Source of the DNA: Candidatus Helarchaeota ASGARD archaeon Hel_GB_B
GTDB lineage: Archaea; Asgardarchaeota; Lokiarchaeia; Helarchaeales; HEL-GB-B
NCBI GenBank assembly: GCA_005191425.1
Contig: SUPR01000076.1
Coordinates: 1-16,696, forward strand
Direction: 5' to 3'
DNA: 16,696 nt
The notes under the pieces are model-generated. The model saw only the letters and a program-made list of their open reading frames with translations, was not told where the DNA came from and did not search any database. Both the position numbers and the translations under genes were made by a program. Of the stretch, positions 8,080 to 14,885 are shown one piece after another. The number at the start of each line of letters is the position of its first letter. Within the stretch, counting starts at the first letter, position 1.

Positions 8080-9870
8080 TTATTGACCTCCAATTTTAGA
8101 TTTTTCATCACCAAATAATGAAAAACTAAACCAAGAATATTTCATTCCCCAATTATATTCAAATATTTGTTTTCTCGTTAAGTTTAAAGCTTTTGAGATG
8201 GGCTCTCCTTTTAGGAGTAGCTTTTGAAATAATAATATAAACTCAAGAAAATCCTCTTTACTTAAGGTAATAAAATTAGTAAGAAAATTACAATTACTCT
8301 TCAATATAGGAATTGCATTATAAAATGAATGTTCTAAATATTCTATTTTTTGATTTTGAATTATATTTCCCATTATAAATAATCTAGGGAATGATTTCGC
8401 TGATTTATAAATATTTGAAAGTAATATTTCAGATCTACCCCATTTTAATTTTATTTCAGGTATTTCTTCTGCAAATTTCTTAAAATTTCCAAGATAGACT
8501 ACTATATCATAATCTTTATCTAAGATTTGGTCGATTTCACTATGCCCTCCTTCACTTAAAATAGAAATATTACACTTATTGTTATTTAATTTCTTAATTT
8601 TATTTTTAATTTCATTATCTTTTGTTCTATAAATAAATAATATACTAATATTTTTTCCTTTATTAATCGTAGAAATATTTTCCGGATAAATACTATTTTC
8701 TTCAACAAACTTTCGAATTAAATAATCTTTTAAACAAATAAATTGTCTATTATTAAAAATTAGCTCAAAAGGAAACTTAATATTCTTAAAATCATTTTGT
8801 ATGATTACATTTTGGTCAGTTACTAATCTATTTCTATAATTTATTTTACTACCCATTAAATATTTCAGCAAATATTCTCCCAATTTTCTTAAACCGTCAA
8901 AATACTTAACTTTTAATTTTTCATCAATGTTTTTTGATTTCCTCACATTATTTAAAACCTGAATGTAATCTTGTACTTTTTTTCCCATGTTTTTAATAAT
9001 TGTGCTCGAAACTTTTATACTGTCTTTTTCTGGACGTAATGCAAACATGGGATCATATGTTATTTTTAAACTTTGACCGGAAGAAACATATTTTAATTTA
9101 AAATTCGTATCAAAAGATAATTTGTAATTATCTAAATTAATATTTTTATCTTTTATTTCCTCCAAGATCTTTTGTAAATGTCTGGCATCATTATACATCT
9201 CATCATTAGCAAAAACTACATAAATTTCATGATTTTTTTCAAGAAGTTTATTTGCTTTTTTAACAATGTCCAATAGGTCCGTTTTTTTAAATAGATATTG
9301 ATCTAATTGTTCTCCAAATCCATGCATCCTTGTATATATTATTCCCTCTTTGTTGTAATTAATAGGATCTGAAAATGAAATGTCAATACTATGTCCAATA
9401 TTAAATGTATTTAAAGTCTCTATTAATTTAGGTAGAACATTTTTATCTCTCCAATTAAATCCTCTAAACTCCCAAAATAAATTAACATCGTTTAATTTAA
9501 CTGAATTAAAAAAATCATTAAAATTCTTAAAAAAAGTATCATTAAATTCCTGAAAATAATGCGTTTCCATTAGTAATTTATTACTTTTCAAATTTTGCAT
9601 CAAATTTCTAATTTTCTCAAAAGTTTCCAGCGCCTCTTCTCTTAAATTTGAATATAAAAATTGATATTTATGCGTAATAAACCTGTTCATTTTTATAACA
9701 AATTCAAAATCGCTAGATTTACTAGATAATTTATTTAATTTAGTTAATTCATCTTTTGAAATAAATCGATAGAATGTATTAGCTAATTCTACAAACTGGA
9801 AATATTTAGGATATTCAGAAATTTGAACGCGTGTAACTTTTGGAAAATAAGTACAACTAATTTTAATCAT
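8080..9870 (-). CDS. DUF72 (YecE-like TIM barrel) fused to a catalytically dead CHAT-like domain, 596 aa
   Basis: Residues 1-238 carry DUF72 motifs in order: FVELANTFY, FEFVIK...ITH, FWEFRG, IYTRMHG, YVVFAND-MYNDA. Residues ~325-592 carry CHAT scaffold motifs: LRKLGEYLLKYLM, FPFELIFNNRQFICL, GEPISKALNLTRK and WFSFSLFGD. The dyad positions read VVYLGNF and PRLFIMGN. Confidence 0.8.
   Translation of the reverse strand: MIKISCTYFPKVTRVQISEYPKYFQFVELANTFYRFISKDELTKLNKLSSKSSDFEFVIKMNRFITHKYQFLYSNLREEALETFEKIRNLMQNLKSNKLLMETHYFQEFNDTFFKNFNDFFNSVKLNDVNLFWEFRGFNWRDKNVLPKLIETLNTFNIGHSIDISFSDPINYNKEGIIYTRMHGFGEQLDQYLFKKTDLLDIVKKANKLLEKNHEIYVVFANDEMYNDARHLQKILEEIKDKNINLDNYKLSFDTNFKLKYVSSGQSLKITYDPMFALRPEKDSIKVSSTIIKNMGKKVQDYIQVLNNVRKSKNIDEKLKVKYFDGLRKLGEYLLKYLMGSKINYRNRLVTDQNVIIQNDFKNIKFPFELIFNNRQFICLKDYLIRKFVEENSIYPENISTINKGKNISILFIYRTKDNEIKNKIKKLNNNKCNISILSEGGHSEIDQILDKDYDIVVYLGNFKKFAEEIPEIKLKWGRSEILLSNIYKSAKSFPRLFIMGNIIQNQKIEYLEHSFYNAIPILKSNCNFLTNFITLSKEDFLEFILLFQKLLLKGEPISKALNLTRKQIFEYNWGMKYSWFSFSLFGDEKSKIGGQ
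8086..8091 (-). promoter_or_regulatory. Shine-Dalgarno site (GGAGGT) for the CHAT gene, embedded in the last codons of the upstream gene
   Basis: The minus strand reads GGAGGT-CAATAAAA-TTG, with TTG at 8077. Confidence 0.75.
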
Positions 9871-9910
9871 TTAAAATCCACTGATAATTTAATTCTTTTA
9901 AAAAAAAACT

Positions 9911-9930
9911 AGAAAATCTTATATAAATTT
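9911..9930. promoter_or_regulatory. Candidate TATA box in the 124-bp divergent intergenic region
   Basis: TTATATAA at 9919-9926 reads as TTTATATA on the minus strand, about 50 nt upstream of the DUF72-CHAT start and about 70 nt upstream of the MBL start. The AT-rich background makes this weak. Confidence 0.35.
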
Positions 9931-9994
9931 AATCCTACCTTTTATTTTTAAAAAACAAAAAAAAATTAAAGGGAAATAAAATCTATTTTAACAT

Positions 9995-10678
9995 ATGAAA
10001 TTGGAAATTTCAATTATATATGATAATACCTCAATAACTGGATTTAAACATGGATGGGGCTTTTCTACACTTATTAAAGTTCAATATGACAGTGAAACAA
10101 AAAATATCTTGTTTGATACTGGAGCAAATAAAGAAATACTTTTCTATAATATGGAAAAACTAAAAATCAACCCGAAGAATATTGATATAATTGTTCTTTC
10201 CCATCCACATTTTGACCATGCAGGTGGGCTACCTTATATTTTAAAAATTAAAGATGACGTTGATGTTTATTTACCAAAATTTATAGGTCCTCTTGATAGA
10301 ACTGAAATCTATTCATATGGGAGTAATAGAACTAAATTCATTGATGTTGAGGGTATTGTTGAAATTACCGACAATGTTAAGTGCGTATGTACAAAAGAAA
10401 TTTTCGAACAATTTCTTATGGTGCATCTTTCTAAAGGGCTATTCATAATATCTGGTTGCGCTCACCCCGGATTAGGTAGAATAATCGATTTTACTAAAAA
10501 CTATGGTAAAATATTTGGTGTAATGGGCGGTTTTCATGGCTTTGCGAAACTTGAAAAGTTAAAGGATATAGATTTTATAGCTCCATGTCATTGCACAAGT
10601 CAAACCGATGCGATAAAAAGACTCTATCAAGATAAGGTCCATGATTGTGGTGCAGGTAAGCAATATGAATTAATATAA
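9995..10678 (+). CDS. Metallo-beta-lactamase-fold hydrolase, COG1237 type (family often annotated as a methanopterin-pathway synthase)
   Basis: HGWGFS, ILFDTG, SHPHFDHAGG (HxHxDH), SGCAHPG, GGFH and PCHCT match this archaeal MBL subfamily. The substrate cannot be assigned from sequence. Confidence 0.85.
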   Translation: MKLEISIIYDNTSITGFKHGWGFSTLIKVQYDSETKNILFDTGANKEILFYNMEKLKINPKNIDIIVLSHPHFDHAGGLPYILKIKDDVDVYLPKFIGPLDRTEIYSYGSNRTKFIDVEGIVEITDNVKCVCTKEIFEQFLMVHLSKGLFIISGCAHPGLGRIIDFTKNYGKIFGVMGGFHGFAKLEKLKDIDFIAPCHCTSQTDAIKRLYQDKVHDCGAGKQYELI

Positions 10679-10788
10679 TAAAAAAGAATTGATATAAATT
10701 TAAATATTCATAAATTAATGATAATTTAATAAATAAATTAACTACACTTTACAAGATTTTTTAAAAAATTATGGTTTTGAGTGTATAT

Positions 10789-10813
10789 TGCTAATTTATG
10801 CTAATTTATGCTA
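10789..10813. repeat. 10-bp tandem repeat (TGCTAATTTA x2.5) overlapping the acyl-CoA ligase stop codon
   Basis: The sequence reads tgctaattta tgctaattta tgcta at 10789-10813. Confidence 0.85.
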
Positions 10814-12422
10814 CTTGACGTTCTTTTCCTTCCCAATATTTCTTGCGTAATTCGCGTTTTAAAATTTTTCCTTGTGCACTTTTAGGTAATGTCCTTTTAA
10901 AAGTTATACTTTTAGGCGCTTTATATCTCGCAATCTGATCTTTTACATGGTCTATTAATTCTTCTGCAGTGACATTGACACCTTTTTTATATCCTTTTTT
11001 CAAAACAACAATTGCGTGTACTGCTTCTCCCCATCGTTCATCCGGAATCCCAATAACTGCACATTCTAATACAGCGGGATGGGTTTGTAATGCATCTTCT
11101 ACTTCCTTTGTATAAATGTTTTCTCCGCCGGAAATTATCATATCTTTCCTTCTATCAACGACAAATAAATATCCTTCTTCATCTAAATATCCCATATCTC
11201 CTGTATATACCCAGCCATTTCTTTTAGTTTCTTTTGTTTTTTCCGGTTTATTCCAATATTCGATAATTCTAGTATCGGTTTTTGCTACAATTTCTCCAAT
11301 TTGTCCAGGCGGTAATTCATTACCTTTTTCATCAATTATTTTTATGATTACATTCACAAGTGGTTTACCTGCAGACCTTAAAAGATATTCGTACTTAGGG
11401 TCTGATATTGCTTTTTTATGGTCGTTGGCATCAAGAATTGTTAAAGCTGGCCCTGTTTCTGTCTGACCAAATAATTGACCAAATACTGCATTAGGAAATA
11501 ATTCCATTGATTTCTTTAAGACTGTAGGAGAAATTGGTGAAGCTCCATACACTATTCCCCTAATATTTAAGAAATATTTTTTATAATTTTTTATTTCTGG
11601 CGAATTAATTAAAAAATTTAACATAGTAGGTACAGCACTAAACCCTGTAATCCCTTGATTTTTTATTGTTTCAAAAATATTATGTACTACAAATCTACGA
11701 TGTAAATATACTTCAATATTTAATTGAGCAAGGGTTAATAATCCCAGTGTGGCAGCAGTATGAAATAATGGCATGCCAGGAATTAATGTCTTATCGTCTG
11801 GGTTAAAACTCCCGGTACCTAAACTTGATGCCGCTACTAATATTGGATTTCCAGCCACTCCTCTATGTGCCATTACGACTCCTTTTGGAAAGCCTGTTGT
11901 ACCGCCTGTATATTGAATAAACGCAGGTTCTGTATCTTTTAAATTAAAATTTGGTGGTTCATCACTTGGATAATCATATAATGAATCAAATAAAATTTGT
12001 TTGTCCCCAATTTCTCCGCTATCGGAAACACAGATCCAATTCTTTATTGATTTATTTTTTTCTCTAAAATAATTTATATAATTATTAAATCCTTCCCCAA
12101 AAATAAGTGTGTTTGGCGTACAATCATTTAACATATAAATTAATTCGTTCTTATTTGACATATAATTTAATGGGACACATAAAGCTCCTATTTTTGGGAT
12201 TGCAAAAAATGAAATTACCAGTTGATCACAATTTTCCAAAATCAATGCAACTCGCGTACCTTTTTTAACATTTAAGTCTAATAATGCATTTGAAATCGAG
12301 TTTACTCTATTATTTAATAACTTCCATGTATAATCTCTCCCTTCAAAATGAAGCCACATCTTCTTTGGATACATTATAGCATTTCTTAAAACTATATCGC
12401 CTATTAAGACCACTTCTATCAC
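10806..12422 (-). CDS. fadD: Long-chain fatty acid--CoA ligase / acyl-CoA synthetase (ANL superfamily)
   Basis: P-loop YTGGTTGFPKG, FGQTE, YTGDMGYLDEEGYLFVVDRRKDMIISGGENIY and terminal KSAQGKILKR. GTG start at 12422; the exact start and the substrate are uncertain. Confidence 0.9.
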   Translation of the reverse strand: MIEVVLIGDIVLRNAIMYPKKMWLHFEGRDYTWKLLNNRVNSISNALLDLNVKKGTRVALILENCDQLVISFFAIPKIGALCVPLNYMSNKNELIYMLNDCTPNTLIFGEGFNNYINYFREKNKSIKNWICVSDSGEIGDKQILFDSLYDYPSDEPPNFNLKDTEPAFIQYTGGTTGFPKGVVMAHRGVAGNPILVAASSLGTGSFNPDDKTLIPGMPLFHTAATLGLLTLAQLNIEVYLHRRFVVHNIFETIKNQGITGFSAVPTMLNFLINSPEIKNYKKYFLNIRGIVYGASPISPTVLKKSMELFPNAVFGQLFGQTETGPALTILDANDHKKAISDPKYEYLLRSAGKPLVNVIIKIIDEKGNELPPGQIGEIVAKTDTRIIEYWNKPEKTKETKRNGWVYTGDMGYLDEEGYLFVVDRRKDMIISGGENIYTKEVEDALQTHPAVLECAVIGIPDERWGEAVHAIVVLKKGYKKGVNVTAEELIDHVKDQIARYKAPKSITFKRTLPKSAQGKILKRELRKKYWEGKERQVA

Positions 12423-12610
12423 ATTCCTTCTTTTATTAAATTTTAAGGTTTGCCTTAAAAATATTTATGGTCTTTTTCCCTTTAAATTATTATATTATTT
12501 GAATTATTAACTTAAGTTTTGAATTTTATTATATTACTTTTTTATCAATTTACTGATCTTTACTTTTAAATTTAACTCCAATGTTTTATTGATCTTTTTA
12601 AAATATAAAT

Positions 12611-12961
12611 CTATAGGGTTTCTTTTTCGAGTCCAGCATGTACCTTATCTCACCAAAATCGCCTTGTAAATTTAAGTGCCAGATAAATTCTATCATGGTA
12701 TATTCCAAGTTCATATGTTGTAGATTCTTTTGTGAAGAAGAATCAAAAAACAAAATGGAATGTATCTTTATAATCTTGATTAAGTTTTGATTGTTTTTAA
12801 GACGAGTTGGATTTGTATATAATACTTTATGATTCTATAGCCTCATCAAAATAACATAAAAAAACTTGATAAAAAGATTCTACATTTTTTAATGGAATTT
12901 CTCTCCCCATATCTTCCTCAGTTCCAGTTTCGGTATCACTTTCGAAAAAGTATTCTACCAT
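12611..12961 (-). pseudogene. Decayed gene of unknown family, downstream of the CBS pseudogene
   Basis: GAGGT (12974-12970) lies 8 nt before ATG 12961. The frame reads MVEYFFESDTETGTEEDMGREIPLKNVESFYQVFLCYFDEAIES*SIIYKSNSS*KQSKLNQDYKDTFHFVF*FFFTKESTTYELGIYHDRIYLALKFTRRFW*DKVHAGLEKETL*. Stops are at 12829, 12799, 12745, 12652 and 12613. The 3' end is uncertain and may extend to ~12535. Confidence 0.55.
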
Positions 12962-12969
12962 ATAATTTT

Positions 12970-12974
12970 ACCTC
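12970..12974 (-). promoter_or_regulatory. Shine-Dalgarno site (GAGGT) of the second decayed gene
   Basis: The minus strand reads TAA-ATAAT-GAGGT-AAAATTAT-ATG between the CBS pseudogene stop and ATG 12961. Confidence 0.6.
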
Positions 12975-12979
12975 ATTAT

Positions 12980-13434
12980 TTAAGAAAATGTTGTATCATA
13001 CGCTCGAGAGTATCTCTTTACTCTCTCCATAAATTTTTCATGAATTAATTCTATAATTTTTTCATCTGATGTAAATGCAATTCTTTTAACCGGAGATTTA
13101 CTAAACTCGTCTCTCAAATCTTCAATACTGGTAAATAGCTTATCCCCATCTATTGAAATGATTTTTTCACTATAATGTTCTCCGTTTTATAACCATATAT
13201 TTTTTTATTACCATCCAGAACTAATTTCCAAATAATTTTGTCAGGTATCACTCCCACTATTTTTCCCTACTCTCTTTTAATACAAAAGACCGTATCTACC
13301 CAGTTTTCCACCATCTTTTAAGCAACTTTTGGTATTGAATCATAACTATAACAACAAATGATGCGAGAACTCATGATATCTTTAATTATAGTAAGAGAAA
13401 CAGGCTTAGCTCCAGTCAAAACTTTTACATTCAT
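12980..13434 (-). pseudogene. CBS-domain pair protein pseudogene
   Basis: Manual translation gives MNVKVLTGAKPVSLTIIKDIMSSRIICCYSYDSIPKVA*KMVENWVDTVFCIKRE*GKIVGVIPDKIIWKLVLDGNKKIYGYKTENIIVKK, a frameshift in an A6 run at 13167-13162, then IISIDGDKLFTSIEDLRDEFSKSPVKRIAFTSDEKIIELIHEKFMERVKRYSRAYDTTFS*. IKDIMS...KMVEN...GKIVGVI is a CBS pattern. In-frame stops are TAA 13320 and TAG 13269. The 455-nt span is one base short of a multiple of 3. Confidence 0.82.
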
Positions 13435-14075
13435 TCTTTCTTTAGAGTATTCTATCGTTTCTTTAAATTTTTCTATGATTCTTATTTTAAAATCGAATTA
13501 ATATAAAAAACAAAACTTAAATCTTTCTGGTAATTTATGTGAATTTCTCAAATATATGATTTTCTTTTAAAATATTTGAGACAATGATTAATATAGATTA
13601 AATTAAAATAAATCATCTGCATCAGGTTATATATAATAAAAAAATAGTCTATCTGTAAATAATATAATTTAAAATGTTAAGTTTTTATTTTTATATTAAT
13701 TTTAAATAAAAATATTCAATACTATATATTTATTCAAGGAAAAAATTTTGTTTTTTCATATTTTTATTAATTTTTTCCTTTAAAATGAGAGAAAAGGATA
13801 CGTGTGATTTGTTTTTAAACATTGAAAATCTTGATAAGAAAAATTGATAATTCTTAATTATAGCGAAAATATTCATATTTAGGAATATATCCTTCTCTAT
13901 TACTATTTAAGAGAATTTTACTAAAATTAATATAATGAACATTTTTAAATAATTACTATACCATTTGATTAAAAACTGAGATCTTAATAACTCACATCAA
14001 ATAATTATAATTTTAATAAATAACCTTTATTATAAATTCAAACTACTTTCTACTTCTCTTTCACTAACCAACAAG

Positions 14076-14142
14076 AAACCTTGTCAAAAAGAAGGTTTTG
14101 ACAAAAATTATAGTCATTAAGCCAGAACGAAAATTTGTCAAA
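14076..14142. promoter_or_regulatory. Operator-like inverted repeat upstream of the 14229/14886 genes
   Basis: Perfect 9-bp inverted repeat TTGTCAAAA (14081-14089), 6-nt spacer, TTTTGACAA (14096-14104). An overlapping second one is AAACCTT (14076-14082) / AAGGTTT (14092-14098). An extra half-site TTGTCAAA lies at 14135-14142. Confidence 0.55.
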
Positions 14143-14228
14143 TTATATTTATTCTAGGAAATATCAATATTAATTAGAAATATTTTAAAAATGAAAAAAA
14201 ATAATGAAAAAAATAGAGATGTAATAAA

Positions 14229-14849
14229 ATGGATGTATTAGATTTAGAGCCCATAAATGAAAAAAAAGTCTTTTTATTTTTGTTAGTAAAAGAAAAAACT
14301 GGGATCTTTAATACTGAAGCGATAAATCTACTGGATTTATTTAGAGAAAACAAATTTGATCTAATAACTAGCGATTTAGATACAGAAAACAAATTTAATA
14401 TGAAAATTACAAAGTATTTAGACAATTTTGAAATGCATGTTTTTAAAGTGGGTATTCCTGAAAATGCTAATGGTTATTTAAAGGAAGAATTAGATCGAAA
14501 AAAGTGCCTTATGAAAGAATTAGCTGATGTATATGAAATATTAGAAGATAAAAAATCTTTTAAAGCTCAAAATATCAAAGTTTGGATAGATCTACTTAAA
14601 GATGATATTGAAAAAGAAGAATATGAATTGGATTTCAAAATCAGACCTCAATGGATCATGAAAAAATTCCTAGATTTTATTCGAAAAACTGATCAAGCTG
14701 TAATAAAACTCTTACATTTTACATCAGAAGGATTATTTGATGAGTTGAAGAATCTTGGGAAAGAAATGAACATGACCGTTTATGCTTTTGAAATTATGGA
14801 GCCTGAGATTTCAAAAAAATGGGTTTTATATCCGAAATGCATGAAATAG
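14229..14849 (+). CDS. Hypothetical protein, stand-alone paralog of the N-terminal domain of the downstream Mtd fusion
   Basis: It aligns by eye along its length with residues 1-218 of 14886..16580: MDVLDLEPINEKK / MEVLELEPLKEKK; VGIPENANGYL / VDISQNALDYI; WIDLLKDDIEKEEYELDFKIRPQWIMKK / WRDYLKRSYDEEEQDIRLRVREAWMFMK; FDELKNLGKEM / FNGLSNLADEL. Confidence 0.8.
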   Translation: MDVLDLEPINEKKVFLFLLVKEKTGIFNTEAINLLDLFRENKFDLITSDLDTENKFNMKITKYLDNFEMHVFKVGIPENANGYLKEELDRKKCLMKELADVYEILEDKKSFKAQNIKVWIDLLKDDIEKEEYELDFKIRPQWIMKKFLDFIRKTDQAVIKLLHFTSEGLFDELKNLGKEMNMTVYAFEIMEPEISKKWVLYPKCMK

Positions 14850-14870
14850 GCTTTTAATTTATTATATTTT

Positions 14871-14876
14871 AGGAGG
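14871..14876 (+). promoter_or_regulatory. Shine-Dalgarno site (AGGAGG) for the Mtd fusion gene
   Basis: AGGAGG lies 9 nt upstream of ATG 14886, supporting this start and therefore the N-terminal extension. Confidence 0.75.
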
Positions 14877-14885
14877 TTTTAAAAA

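Noticed and set aside
4684-9994. CHAT pair as a mobile element or CRISPR type III-E/III-B accessory locus
   Set aside because: I found no transposase, integrase, terminal repeats, tRNA target, cas gene, SAVED/CARF domain or repeat-spacer array in the window.
9995-10678. MBL hydrolase as the effector or substrate of the CHAT system
   Set aside because: It is divergently transcribed and has the motifs of the widespread COG1237 type, not an obviously defence-associated MBL nuclease. Only neighbourhood conservation could revive this idea.
11116-11466. Plus-strand ORF inside the acyl-CoA ligase
   Set aside because: It overlaps the most conserved part of the ligase on the opposite strand and has no independent evidence.
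12611-13434. Stop-codon recoding (selenocysteine, pyrrolysine or an alternative code) as the reason for the interrupted frames
   Set aside because: All three stop types plus a frameshift occur, and intact genes in the window end in TAA, TAG or TGA normally. Pseudogenisation is simpler.
13500-14170. Replication origin
   Set aside because: AT-rich, but there is no repeated ORB-like box with a G-string and no adjacent cdc6/orc1.
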